DNA of 64,000 nucleotides from Candidatus Latescibacterota bacterium. GTDB taxonomy: Bacteria > Latescibacterota > UBA2968 > GCA-2709665. Position numbers and translations under genes: made by a program. Under the pieces are notes generated by a model. That model worked only from the letters and a program-made list of their open reading frames with translations, was not told where the DNA came from and did not search any database. Positions 19,403 through 29,833 of the stretch are shown one piece after another. The stretch lies in NCBI GenBank assembly GCA_965203805.1, contig OZ241917.1, positions 5,056,001-5,120,000 on the forward strand, in the 5' to 3' direction. Numbering within the stretch: position 1 is the stretch's first letter; each line of letters opens with the position of its first letter.

Positions 19403-20404
19403 CTATTCGATTTTCAGGAATTCCCCGCCCCTGCGTGCGGATGCTTCCGCCATAATGCATGCTTTGGCGACAGCCAGTACGTCTGAGGTCGATATGAAAT
19501 TCTCTTCGCCATTGGAGAATGCGTTCACCATGCGTTCCACAAAGCCGGTGTTGCGCTCGGGCGGGAATTCGGGTTCGTAAGCGCCCCTGCCGTCTGCGAC
19601 GATGAGCAGGCTGTCTCCCGCGTAGGCCCGCAAGTGGGCCGAACCCTTCGTACCCATGATGATGAAGCGCGTGTCGCCGAACGAAGGGGAGTCAACCGGT
19701 GTCAGCCAATCCGCCGTGAGCAGCGCGCAGGCGCCGGTGCTCATCTGAAACGACGCCTGGATATGGTCCATCTCCAGCTTTTGGGGGCCATGCGTGTGTT
19801 TTTTACAGGCGCCGATGGCGTGGACACCCACGCACTCGCCCCCTGTGAGCCATCGGACCTGGTCCACGCCGTGGCATGCGACGTCGCTGAACGTGCCCGT
19901 ATAGACGTCGGGATCGAAATACCAGTCGGGCGCCCAGTCGCCCAGTTTGTGGGGATGGGTGGAAATCAGGCTGACGATTTCCCCGAGTTCTCCCGCGAGA
20001 ACGGCTTCCCTCAGTGCAATGAAGGGCGGATAACTGCGAGAGGTGTAGAACATGGTCAGGCGGACGTCGTGGGCCCGGACTGACGTCCGGATGCGGTTCC
20101 AGTCCTCCATCGACCGGCAGAGCGGCTTGTCCAGAAAGACGTGCGCGCCGGCCGCGGCGCAGGTCTCGATCATGTCCACCTTCTCGTGGTGGCCCACGCC
20201 CTCCATGACGACTTCGGCCCGGGTTGCGTCCAGCATATCCTGGAGCGTGGGAAAACGGGGGACGTCGATTTCACGTGTGTATTGTTCGTGCAAGGCGTCG
20301 TCCGGCTCCACAATTCCGACCAGTTCCGCATTGGGGGCGTTGGCGGCCGACCGGAACATGCCCCCGATGTGTCCGTAGTGCAGGCCCATGACTGCGATTT
20401 TCAT
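19403..20404 (-). CDS. Gfo/Idh/MocA family oxidoreductase
   Basis: MKIAVMGLHYGH, AGAHVFLDKP, D.ACHGVD; likely start 20404. Confidence 0.85.
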   Translation of the reverse strand: MKIAVMGLHYGHIGGMFRSAANAPNAELVGIVEPDDALHEQYTREIDVPRFPTLQDMLDATRAEVVMEGVGHHEKVDMIETCAAAGAHVFLDKPLCRSMEDWNRIRTSVRAHDVRLTMFYTSRSYPPFIALREAVLAGELGEIVSLISTHPHKLGDWAPDWYFDPDVYTGTFSDVACHGVDQVRWLTGGECVGVHAIGACKKHTHGPQKLEMDHIQASFQMSTGACALLTADWLTPVDSPSFGDTRFIIMGTKGSAHLRAYAGDSLLIVADGRGAYEPEFPPERNTGFVERMVNAFSNGEENFISTSDVLAVAKACIMAEASARRGGEFLKIE

Positions 20405-20425
20405 AAGTACGGCTCCCTGTAGCAC

Positions 20426-21544
20426 CTACCCCGAATACCGCTTGATCCTCTCCCGGTCCAGGTCGATCCCCAGGCCCGGTGTTGTGGGTATGGTAAGCAG
20501 GCCGTCGTCGTCGAGCTGGAAGGGTTCGGTCAGGATGTCTTCTATATAAGGCGACGGGGTGATGTATTCCACCCAGCGCGCCGTGGGGTGGGCCGCGGCG
20601 AGATGGAGGTCGGCGGCAAGTCCCACTGCCGTGTTCCATCCGTGGGTGACCAGAAGGACGTTGTGGTTGCAGGCGTGCCAGAGGATGCGCCGGGTCTCCG
20701 ACAGGCCGCCGACTTTTGTGGCATCCGGCTGGACGATGTCGAAGGCGCCGCGCGCGATCCAGGAGAGAAAGCTCTGCCGGCGGGTCAGGACTTCGCCTCC
20801 CGCGATGGGGACGGGAGCGTTGCGGCGGAGAGCGATGAATCCATCCATATCGTCCGGAGGCAGGGCCTCCTCGAACCAGACCACGTCGTAGTCCGCGAGC
20901 ATTCTGGCCGTTTCGAGCGCCCACTTGTACCCGTGCGGCCAGAACTGGTCGCTCCCGCCGGCGTCGACCATCAGTTCGACGTCCGCACCCACCGTCTCGC
21001 GGGCGAGTCTGACGAGTCGCTCGTCGGTGCGTTTGTCCTCGCGCCCGAACGGGCCCCACCCGAGTTTGAGCGCGCGGAAGCCGCGGGAAACGGCCGACTC
21101 CAGGGTCTGCCTGAAGTTGTCTTCATCAGCCTCGAAGAGGAGCGAACCATAGGGTTTGATCTTGTGACGGTAGTAGCCGCCCAACAGGCGCCCCACGGGT
21201 TGCCCGCTGGCCTTGCCCAGAAGGTCCCACAACGCGATGTCGATGCCCGAAATGGCGTGCGTGACAGAACCGCCGCGGCCCTGCCAGAACGTCGCCTGGT
21301 GGAGTTTCTCGGAGACGCGTTCCGGTTCGATGGCCGACTCGCCGACGAAGTGGGGTTTCAGAAGGTCGAGAGCGGCGTCGACCAGGGCTTTGCTGGTGGC
21401 GACGCTCCCGAGGCCGGTGAGCCCGCTGTCGGTATGCACTTCCACAAGGGTGTGCAGGTTTTCCGACGGCGGTGTTTCGGCCGTCCAACCTGATTTCGGC
21501 GTGGCTCCCCGGAGAGAAATTGTCTGGATGCCTGTGATTTTCAT
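20426..21544 (-). CDS. Mandelate racemase/muconate lactonizing enzyme family protein (acid-sugar dehydratase-like)
   Basis: SGIDIALWDLLGK, LMVDAG, WFEEAL, GGE, QPD, HGWN. Confidence 0.9.
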   Translation of the reverse strand: MKITGIQTISLRGATPKSGWTAETPPSENLHTLVEVHTDSGLTGLGSVATSKALVDAALDLLKPHFVGESAIEPERVSEKLHQATFWQGRGGSVTHAISGIDIALWDLLGKASGQPVGRLLGGYYRHKIKPYGSLLFEADEDNFRQTLESAVSRGFRALKLGWGPFGREDKRTDERLVRLARETVGADVELMVDAGGSDQFWPHGYKWALETARMLADYDVVWFEEALPPDDMDGFIALRRNAPVPIAGGEVLTRRQSFLSWIARGAFDIVQPDATKVGGLSETRRILWHACNHNVLLVTHGWNTAVGLAADLHLAAAHPTARWVEYITPSPYIEDILTEPFQLDDDGLLTIPTTPGLGIDLDRERIKRYSG

Positions 21545-21925
21545 GACGTCCGATTGGTAGCTGTAAGAAGCCGACGGCGTTGGCGAGCACGCTCGGATTG
21601 CCGGCAGGTGGAAGATGGTCTATCGAATAAACGTCGAATTCCAGCCCGGTTGCCGTCCGGTTGGATGCCGGACGGCCTCAATATAGGGAATCCGGGTATC
21701 GCCTTCAACAGGAAATCGCCGTTTGCCGGTACATCCGGCGCGGCAGAGATCTGCCAAAATGGCAGATTGCGGACTTGTGGTCGTGCCGATACGGATTGCA
21801 ACGGATTTCCGGCTCGAAGCACATTTCTTAACTATTTATATAACAATGTTTTATCGATATAATGTTTTTTCGGGCACAATAGTTGCAGGTGTTCTGCATT
21901 GTCGCGGGGGACCCTCACCCCCGAA

Positions 21926-21950
21926 CCCCCTCTCCCAAGGGGAGAGGGGG
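21926..21950. repeat. CCCTCTCCC/GGGAGAGGG palindromic repeat
   Basis: CCCCCTCTCCC-AAG-GGGAGAGGGGG perfect hairpin. Confidence 0.65.
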
Positions 21951-22029
21951 AGCAGACAGCTTGAGGCAAAACCGGGACACCGCGAGGGAACACAGTTTCC
22001 CGTTCCTTCAGGAAGGGGGTAGGTCTCGT

Positions 22030-22348
22030 AAAGGCGGGGAGACGTTAGACGTAAGAGGGGAGAGGAAATGAGTGCCGTTTGGTTCATTCATGGTGGATAC
22101 GATAAAGGCAAATTCGCAGGCACGGTTTATGTGAAAACACTGTGTTTACGTTTTCCCCTACCGTCTTGCGTCTCAACGGTTTTATTGCCCTGTGTGGCTT
22201 CATTTCTTGCCGGAGGCATAAGGGAGTAACCAACCGGGCAATGAAGTCATCTACCGTCTTGCGTCTTACGTCTCACCGATTTCATCTACCGTCTACCCTC
22301 TACCGTCTTACCGCTTTCATCTACCGCCTTACGTCTTACCGAAGTTAG
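22030..22348 (-). repeat. Heptamer-array-flanked hairpin element, copy A
   Basis: Tandem 7-mers (CTACCGT/CTTACGT/CTTGCGT/CTCACCG) around a core homologous to 32080-32210 and 43091-43300. Confidence 0.8.
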
Positions 22349-22377
22349 ATGGTTGACACGCAGAAGGAGTCGACAGA

Positions 22378-24882
22378 ATGTCTGACGAGACGACGCCAAA
22401 GAGCATCGAAGTGATCGACGGGTCGCACGTGCCCGGTGAGGTGCCCGTGTTGAGGAGCAGGGAGGTCGTGATTTTTCCATATATGCTGTCACCGTTGTTT
22501 GTCGAAAGCGAACAGGCGATCCGGGCGGTGGATACGGCCGTGAACGGCGGACATCGGGTCGTCGCCCTGTTCGGGCAGAAGCCGGACAGGGAACCGGAGA
22601 AACCCGAACCTGAGAACGACGGCGGCGAGGAGGAAGCAGAGATTCAAGCCGAGGACCTGTATCAGGTGGGCACCGCGGTGCAGGTGGTCCGGATGCAGCG
22701 AACGCCGGACAACAAGCTGCAGGTTCTCGTCAACGGCATCGCTCGCGTGGGTCTCGAGGCACTGGTTCAGACCACCCCCTATCCGCTTGCGCGGATCAGG
22801 GTGTTGGACGGCTGGGCTGAAAAGACGAACGAGCTGGAGGCGCTTTCCCAGAATGTGATGGACCTGTTCAAAAAGGCGATGGATCTGGTGCCCAATGTGC
22901 CAAAAGAGCTGATGGCGGCGCTGGATTCGCTGAGCGAACCGGAAAAGAAGGCGGACTTCATCGCGTCTCAGTTCAACCTGAGATTTGAGGAGCGCCAGGA
23001 GGTGTTGTCCGAACTCAACCTCCGGCTGAGGTTCGAGTTGATTCACAAGTATCTGACACGGGAAGTCGAAATCCTGGAACTTCGGCAGAAGATCCAGAGC
23101 GATGCCGCGGGGTCGATGGACGAGGCGCAGCGGGAGTATTTCCTCCGTCAACAGCTCAAGGCCATTCGAGAGGAACTGGGCGAAGGCGAGGACGAGGCCG
23201 AAGAGATCGAGGAGTTGCGGGAGAAAATCGAAGCGGCGGGAATGACCGGCGAGGCGCGGAAGGCCGCCGACCGCGAGCTTTCGCGGATGGAGAAAATGCC
23301 GGGGGAATCGGCGGAATACACGGTTTCGCGGACCTATCTCGACTGGCTGGTCGAATTGCCGTGGAGCAAATCGAGCGAAGACCGCATCGACGTGGACCGG
23401 GCACAGAAGATCCTGGACGACGACCACTATGGGATCGAAAAGCCCAAGGACCGGATTCTGGAATATCTGGCCGTACGAAGGCTTAAAGACGACATGCGGG
23501 GTCCGATTCTATGCCTGGTGGGTCCGCCGGGCACAGGGAAGACCTCGCTGGGCCGGTCCGTGGCCCGAGCCCTTGACCGCACCTTTGTCCGGATATCGCT
23601 GGGCGGCGTCCGGGATGAATCGGAGGTCCGGGGCCACCGGAGGACCTACGTGGGCGCGCTGCCCGGCCGGATCATCCAGGGGCTGCGCCGGGCGGGCACG
23701 AACAACCCGGTGTTCATGCTGGACGAGATCGACAAACTGGGCGCGGATTTCCGCGGCGACCCGTCGGCGGCCCTGCTGGAGGTGCTGGACCCCGAGCAGA
23801 ACTGCCGGTTCGAGGACCATTACCTGGACGTGCCATTCGATCTTTCGCAGGTCATGTTCATTGCCACCGCGAATACGCTGCATACGATTCCGCCCGCACT
23901 GCTGGACCGGATGGAAGTCCTGGAACTGCCGGGCTACACGGAGCAGGAAAAGTTGCAGATCGCGCGCAGCTATCTCGTGCCCAGGCAGCTCGAAGAGCAC
24001 GGACTGACAGACAGACGGCTGGAGATCGACAACGATGCATTAACCGGATTGATCCGATTCTACACCCTCGAGGCGGGCTTGAGGAATTTGGAGCGGGCGG
24101 TGGGTACGTTGTGCCGCAAGGTGGCGCGCCGGTTCGCACAGGGCCGAAAGCGGAAAGTAAGGGTGAAGACCGGGCACTTGCGCGAGTACCTGGGCCCCCG
24201 GCAGTTCCAACACGAAATCGCGGCGGACAACGATGAGGTGGGTGTTGCGGCGGGACTCGCGGTGACCTCCGCGGGCGGCGACGTGATGTTCGTGGAAGCC
24301 ACGCTGATGCCGGGCGGCGGAAACCTGAACCTGACCGGCCAGGTTGGCGACGTGATGCAGGAGTCCGTCCAGGCGGCGATGACGTACGTTCGTTCGCGGT
24401 GGGAGCGCCTGGACCTGCCCGAAAATTTCAACGTGGAGAAGGACGTGCACGTCCATGCGCCGGCGGGAGCCGTGCCCAAGGACGGCCCGTCCGCCGGGAT
24501 TACAATGGCCGCGGTACTGGCTTCCGCGTTTACGGGTCGTCCGGTCCGGAAGGACGTGGCGATGACCGGAGAGATTACGCTGCGGGGCAAGGTCCTGCCG
24601 GTTGGCGGCGTGCGGGACAAGATACTGGCGGCTCACCGTGCGGGGATACGGACGGTCATTCTACCCGGGAAAAACCGGAGGGACCTGGAGGAAGTGCCGG
24701 ACACGGTCCGGAAGGACGTGAAACTGGTGTTCGCCGACCACATGGACAAGGTGCTGAACACCGCGCTGATGAAGAAGGGGAGGACGTCGGCCGGCCGCCG
24801 TTCGCCGGCAGCGGGGAGCAGGCCGTCGGTCCGCACCGGCAACCGTCCGAGACCAACGGTGACGGCGGGTACGGAAGGGTGA
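22378..24882 (+). CDS. lon: ATP-dependent protease La
   Basis: GPPGTGKTS, GHRRTYVGA.PG, LDEIDK, PKDGPSAG, catalytic Lys in GGVRDK. Confidence 0.98.
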   Translation: MSDETTPKSIEVIDGSHVPGEVPVLRSREVVIFPYMLSPLFVESEQAIRAVDTAVNGGHRVVALFGQKPDREPEKPEPENDGGEEEAEIQAEDLYQVGTAVQVVRMQRTPDNKLQVLVNGIARVGLEALVQTTPYPLARIRVLDGWAEKTNELEALSQNVMDLFKKAMDLVPNVPKELMAALDSLSEPEKKADFIASQFNLRFEERQEVLSELNLRLRFELIHKYLTREVEILELRQKIQSDAAGSMDEAQREYFLRQQLKAIREELGEGEDEAEEIEELREKIEAAGMTGEARKAADRELSRMEKMPGESAEYTVSRTYLDWLVELPWSKSSEDRIDVDRAQKILDDDHYGIEKPKDRILEYLAVRRLKDDMRGPILCLVGPPGTGKTSLGRSVARALDRTFVRISLGGVRDESEVRGHRRTYVGALPGRIIQGLRRAGTNNPVFMLDEIDKLGADFRGDPSAALLEVLDPEQNCRFEDHYLDVPFDLSQVMFIATANTLHTIPPALLDRMEVLELPGYTEQEKLQIARSYLVPRQLEEHGLTDRRLEIDNDALTGLIRFYTLEAGLRNLERAVGTLCRKVARRFAQGRKRKVRVKTGHLREYLGPRQFQHEIAADNDEVGVAAGLAVTSAGGDVMFVEATLMPGGGNLNLTGQVGDVMQESVQAAMTYVRSRWERLDLPENFNVEKDVHVHAPAGAVPKDGPSAGITMAAVLASAFTGRPVRKDVAMTGEITLRGKVLPVGGVRDKILAAHRAGIRTVILPGKNRRDLEEVPDTVRKDVKLVFADHMDKVLNTALMKKGRTSAGRRSPAAGSRPSVRTGNRPRPTVTAGTEG

Positions 24883-24927
24883 AGGACCTCGGGACATTCC
24901 CATAAAGCTGGCTCGGAGAAAATAGAT

Positions 24928-24963
24928 GGGTCGAGGCGCATAGCTGCAGCCTCGACCCTTTCT
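24928..24963 (+). terminator. Hairpin terminator after lon
   Basis: GGGTCGAGGC..GCCTCGACCC followed by TTTCT. Confidence 0.6.
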
Positions 24964-25106
24964 ATATATGACACTTCAGGTGCGTCATGCGCCACGGGGA
25001 TGGACCTTTCGAAATTCGGCGGCATTCGCGGGACCCAGAGCAGAAGGCGTGACCGATGAGTCAGCCGTCTGGCAGATTAGCCACCAAGGTGAACGTGAAT
25101 TGGCGT

Positions 25107-25871
25107 TCACAGGGCGCGTGCGTTGGCGTCCAGAGTCTTCTGATATTCCCTGGGTGGCATATCCTCCAGCCTGCGAAAGGCCTCGGTAAAACGGACCTGA
25201 TTTCTGAAACCGCACTTTTTCGCAATGACGTAAAAAGGTTCGCGCCTTGTTTCCATCATCTTTTTTGCCTTTTCTATCCGAAAATAGGTGCGGCGCTCTT
25301 GAAAAGTCGTCCCGAACAGATCACGAAACAGTCTTGAAACATGGCCTGGTGAGATGTTGAAGTGTCTGCAGAGGTCGCCCCGACGAAGCGATGGATCCGA
25401 AATGCGGTCTTTCAGAAACGCGTCCATCCGTTCAGCAAGGGTGTGTGACGGTAGATGCCGCCGGCCGATCAGATCGCGAACCAGAGAGACCAGATCGTCT
25501 CTATCAATTGGTTTGGTAAGGATATCGTGTGCGCCTTCTTTTATGGCTCGAACGGCGATCTTGACATCGTCTTCTTCAGCCAGAAGCAAAATGTCGGTTG
25601 GAACGTACTTCTGCCGCACGGCACGCAGAATCTCCAGGCCGCCGAGATTGGGAATCGTGACGTTCAGGAGGGCGACGGCGAAGGATCCTTCGCAAAGGAG
25701 ATTCAGCGTTTCGCGGCCGTCGGAGGCGGCCTCCACGTGCCATGTCTTCGACTGCATCCTGAGTATGTCCCGAATCAGGGCGCAGACTTTCGGGTCGGGA
25801 TCGGCAACCAGGATTTCCACCCATCTGCCATCGGAACGTCGCTTTCGTTTTCGGACTGGTTCGATCAACAT
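25107..25871 (-). CDS. Receiver domain + AraC HTH transcriptional regulator with atypical receiver
   Basis: REC fold ILVADPD..LLNVTIP..GGLE..GA.D.LTKP; C-terminal AraC HFNISPGHVSRLF..CGF.NQ..F.EAFRR..PREY. Confidence 0.85.
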   Translation of the reverse strand: MLIEPVRKRKRRSDGRWVEILVADPDPKVCALIRDILRMQSKTWHVEAASDGRETLNLLCEGSFAVALLNVTIPNLGGLEILRAVRQKYVPTDILLLAEEDDVKIAVRAIKEGAHDILTKPIDRDDLVSLVRDLIGRRHLPSHTLAERMDAFLKDRISDPSLRRGDLCRHFNISPGHVSRLFRDLFGTTFQERRTYFRIEKAKKMMETRREPFYVIAKKCGFRNQVRFTEAFRRLEDMPPREYQKTLDANARAL

Positions 25872-26347
25872 ATCGATTCAATTTTGTAACGGTTCAACCA
25901 CGTGAAGTACGCCTCCGGATTCGGGGTACATGTAAGAGATCGAAGGGCAAGCGCACCGTGCGACAGGCGCGACGACCGGCGTTCATTCAGTCGGCCTCCT
26001 GTTGCAGCGTACGACCACTATCCGTGTCTGCTCCGAATCCCGGTCGCCTGCATGGTCCTCAGTTTGATTGACCACGTCCTCATGAATAGTTACTGTTTCG
26101 TCACACATTTACACGTTGGAGTACGTGATGCTTGCGCCTCAGGCCTCGCGAACTTATATCCCCGCTATAAATTTAAACATTCATGCGTGAAGGCGTGGTG
26201 ATATATCACCTTGTATTGGTGATGTATAAGTGAATTTTCGCCCGGCCAAAGCATCTGGATACAGCGTGTCCGGCTTTGTGAAGTTTCGGACCTGAGCCCT
26301 GCCGAGACAGGATTCGAGAAACATCGCAATCGACAGGGGAGAATGGG

Positions 26348-27337
26348 ATGAATCCATTCAAGGATCTTGAACGAGAGAACCGGCGGTTGAGAGAGCGCCT
26401 ATCGCGAATGGGCCATGCGAGCCCCGCATTAATGAAAGCCTCGACATTAAGACTGTATTGCAGGGGGTGCTGGACAGCGCCAGATCGTTGACCGACGCGA
26501 AATACGGGATGATGGCGCTGTTGAAGGACGACGTTCGGATACAGAATTGCCTCTCCTCCGGAATGACTCCCAATCAAACCAGACGGATATGGCGCATACC
26601 GGAGAAGGAAGCCCTGTTCGAATACTTCGCTTTCATTGACGAACCGCTGCGATTGCGAGACTTTCACAGCCACACGCGGTCGCTGGGCCTTCCCGAGTTC
26701 CATCCGCCCTGGCCGGTGAGTCCGTCATTGGCGTTTCTGGTTGCGCCCATCCGTTACCGGGGGGAAAGAGTCGGGACGTTCTTTCTGGCCGAAAAGGAGG
26801 GAAGCAGGCCTTTCACGGAAGAAGACGAAGAAACATTGGTGATGTTCGCGTCCCAGTCGGCGCTTGTGATTACCAATGCACGGCGCTGTGCAGGGCGGCG
26901 GGAATTCAGAAGGAGCCGGATGAGCCCTTCGCGCGCGGGGCCTGACCATTGACTACGCCGGGCGGCGCGTTACCGTTGGCGGACGGCCGGTGAAGCTGAC
27001 TGTCATCGAGTACCGGCTCCTCGTGGAACTTTCATTGAACGCGGGGGTGATCGTAACGCACGAAGACTTGTTGCAGAAGGTCTGGCGGAAGAGAAGCGGC
27101 GGCGACACCAGGCCGATTCGCACGGCGATAAAGAGCCTCCGGCGCAAGCTGGGAGACGACGCGAACGCCCCCACGTACATCTTCAACGAGCCGCGCGTGG
27201 GCTATCGATTGGCGAATGGCGAGCAGGCGGAAAGTCGGCAGTGGGTGGCGGCGGGTGGGAGCCGGCTTGTGCCGACCCTTCGACAAGCTCAGGGAGCGGC
27301 ACAGGGTGTACGGGTGACGGACGTGTTTCGCGGATGA
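26348..27337 (+). pseudogene. Frameshifted, internally deleted GAF...winged-helix (trans_reg_C) signalling protein
   Basis: MNPFKDLERENRRLRERLSR, frameshift near 26423 into RINESLDIKTVLQGVLDSAR GAF domain ending ITNAR; then in other frames EPF and GLTIDYAGRRVTVGGRPVKLT.IEYRLL..LRRKLGDDA..P.YIFNEPRVGYR. Confidence 0.8.
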
Positions 27338-27897
27338 TCCGGTGGCACAAGTCTCCTTAATCGACGCGAGCTACGACCCCTGCATCGTTTGATGTCTGTC
27401 CGGGCGTCAGCCACTGGAGCCGCGCTCATGAGCGTTTTTCGTTACAATTGAATCTGATGTCCCGGATTTTGTGCGGTGTGGGAGCGACAGGGCAACATCC
27501 GCGGCTCGGTCTCCGTCTGTGCCGACACGTGGTTGCGCCCTTGTGGCGGGAGGAGGTAGACGCCATCTGTAATCCCGCACAGCCGCTCCCATGCCTTCGC
27601 GGCAGTTTGTCCTCTTACCACGTCGACAGACAGGAAATGCAAGATTAAATAGTAAATATTTAATATTAATACGTAAATTTTGGCTAGATTAACACTAGAG
27701 ACTGGTGATGTCAACAACTAAAGACGCCCGGTGATGCAAGATCACTGGGCGCTGGTCCCTATCCGATCATCGGGACGGGGAACTTGCAAGATAGCAAAGG
27801 GCCGAGGCGGAAGATCCGGCCTCGACCCAGTTGTCGTTGCCCTATGAGACGGACGCGTCAGGTATTCCCTGGATGGATGTTGCCGTTTGCGGCAGCG

Positions 27898-28920
27898 CTA
27901 TCTCTCCGTATCAAGCCGCCCTTGCTCGTCAAGCCGGCGCTTCTCTTCAACGCGTCGGTTCAGTTCAAGTATGGCATTTCGGTATTTCCCACTGGATTTC
28001 CTGGCAAGGGCTTCCCCCAAAGCGGCGCGCGCCTGGTCGAATTGGTCCGTATACATGAAGCTCATGCCAAGATTGTAATATGCCTTATGGACCTTGGGGG
28101 AGTCGGAATGGATATCCGTCGCCATCTGAAAGACGTCGAGTGCGGCCTCCCAGTTGCCCGCCTGGACCATTCGGAACCCGCGTTCCAGTTCCGGTATTTC
28201 CTTGTCGGTTTCGAACGAGACGTACACGCGCTCCGTATACGGCACAATCATCCTCTCGAGAGACCGTACGATGCCCGCCCGGCATGCGGCGAACAGGCGC
28301 CTGCGGTCGGCATTGTCGATGCGTGCCTTGTCCGATGACTCACCCGACTTCCTGATTATCTTACGTTCGGCGAAATTCCTGGTCGCCAGGATCCTTGACG
28401 TGCTTAGATCCACGATTCGCAATTGGACTTCCACATGCGCGGTCCCTTTGAACGCGTATTGCCGACTGCCGGTTTTCTTGTTCGTCTTCTTGCCCTTTTC
28501 CTCATCGTCCTTCCCGGTATCTTCCTCGTCATAGTCGTATGCGAGGATTCCACCCGAGATGAGAACAACGCTGCCGGTATCGTCGTCCCGGCCTCCTCCG
28601 GACTTCAGATTCTCATAGTCGAGGAGTTCGAATCGCCGGGAATGCCCCAGTGCCTGCGCCATCTCGGCGGAGAGTTTTCGAACCCAGGTGTCTTTGGACT
28701 CCACACCCTGCAGAAACTTGCCGAGGTCGCCGAGTTTCGATACGAATCCGCTCCCGGAACCCTTGATATCGCCAATTGTGATCTTGTCGTACTCGCTCAG
28801 GTTGACTTCAGCCGGACGCGTCACCAGGAAGGAGATGCTCCTGCCGCCGCACGCCGTAAACAGCCCCGAGATCGTTAAGATCGACCATAGGGCAAGTTGA
28901 TCCCAGTGGGTTTTTCTCAT
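27898..28920 (-). CDS. Lipoprotein with CsgG/DUF6340-like domain and C-terminal TPR
   Basis: Lipobox FTAC; TRPAEVNL; C-terminal GNWEAA..AYYNLG..A TPR pair. Confidence 0.7.
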   Translation of the reverse strand: MRKTHWDQLALWSILTISGLFTACGGRSISFLVTRPAEVNLSEYDKITIGDIKGSGSGFVSKLGDLGKFLQGVESKDTWVRKLSAEMAQALGHSRRFELLDYENLKSGGGRDDDTGSVVLISGGILAYDYDEEDTGKDDEEKGKKTNKKTGSRQYAFKGTAHVEVQLRIVDLSTSRILATRNFAERKIIRKSGESSDKARIDNADRRRLFAACRAGIVRSLERMIVPYTERVYVSFETDKEIPELERGFRMVQAGNWEAALDVFQMATDIHSDSPKVHKAYYNLGMSFMYTDQFDQARAALGEALARKSSGKYRNAILELNRRVEEKRRLDEQGRLDTER

Positions 28921-28973
28921 TGCGCTGTGTCCACGCGGATGGAAATTCGCCTGCCATTGTCGAACCCCCGCCG

Positions 28974-29756
28974 CTACTCCTCCGTACCAGTCAGCGCGCG
29001 GATGCGGTCGACGATTGCCTCGACTGTCTCGGTGACCACGTTAAGCAGCGCGAACCGGTCCTCCACGAAGACCTGTGCGCCTTCATATCGGTAACGTACG
29101 GCGTACCCGGTCAGCCAGGTAAGACGCTCGCCGGCGGGGGTGTCGTTTTCGGCGGAATGTTGCCTCACAATCGCGGCCAGGTCCGCCAGATCGTGTGTAT
29201 TGACGTAGTCTGCGTCGAGTGCGGAAATCCAGCCCTTCAGGGCGTTTTCGAGTGCCTGTTGTGCCGTAAATCCGATGAGTTCCTGAGAAGACCGGGGGTC
29301 TTCCGTGAGCACTTCCAGATCGCCGAGACAGCGCTGGGCATTGGCAATGCGCTGCTTGATGTCGGGCCAGTTGCTCGGCTCGGGATTGTCGTAATTTACT
29401 TTGTCTCCATTGGCGTCGAATCCGTCGCGGACGGCCTGGCCCGCCACGTGGTTGCGCGCGCGGCGACCGTAATGGAAATCCACGGCGCTCATTTCGACGA
29501 GGTCGACGCCGACGGAGCCGCCGTACAGTGCTCTGGCTTTGCCGTGAGCGATCGAACTGGCGCGCTGGTACGAGCCATTGTCCAGGGGATCGGCGTCTGT
29601 AATGACGAGCAGATCGACGTCCGAATCCGGACCGAAGTCGCCACGGGCTCGCGAGCCGAACAGGATCACACGGTCCGGATGGACCGAGTTGCCAACGGCG
29701 CGGGCCACGGCGCAGGCTTTCGGGTCGGGTGCGTAACGTGTCGGGAGCTTTGCCAT
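28974..29756 (-). CDS. Fused MNT (minimal nucleotidyltransferase)-HEPN protein, copy 1
   Basis: ILFGSRARGD..DSDVDLLVI..GVDLV; GFTAQQALENALKG..THDL..YAVRYRY. Real start ATG 29756. Confidence 0.88.
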   Translation of the reverse strand: MAKLPTRYAPDPKACAVARAVGNSVHPDRVILFGSRARGDFGPDSDVDLLVITDADPLDNGSYQRASSIAHGKARALYGGSVGVDLVEMSAVDFHYGRRARNHVAGQAVRDGFDANGDKVNYDNPEPSNWPDIKQRIANAQRCLGDLEVLTEDPRSSQELIGFTAQQALENALKGWISALDADYVNTHDLADLAAIVRQHSAENDTPAGERLTWLTGYAVRYRYEGAQVFVEDRFALLNVVTETVEAIVDRIRALTGTEE

Positions 29757-29833
29757 TGTAGACGTATACACTCTGCGCCGCACGGCCGTTTTTCGTCCCC
29801 CCGCGGCGCCCGGGACTTTACTGAAGCCTCGGC

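Noticed and set aside
21960-22020. GGCAAA-containing segment as a c-di-GMP-I riboswitch upstream of lon
   Set aside because: No GNRA-capped P2 or downstream GCAAAG element; better explained by repeat debris.
22158-22340. Tandem short repeats as a possible CRISPR array
   Set aside because: Units are degenerate 7-mers with no unique 25-45 bp spacers, and there are no cas genes in the window.
25902-26201. Short ORFs in intergenic regions (25902-26201, 21541-22348, 27407-27717, 37957-38211)
   Set aside because: No motifs, RBS or coding-like composition; several derive from repeats.
26410-26460. Programmed frameshift in the GAF gene
   Set aside because: No slippery heptamer; multiple independent frame breaks and missing domains point to decay.
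27645-27680. dif site or replication origin
   Set aside because: No XerD arm (TTATGTTAAA) and no DnaA-box cluster visible.
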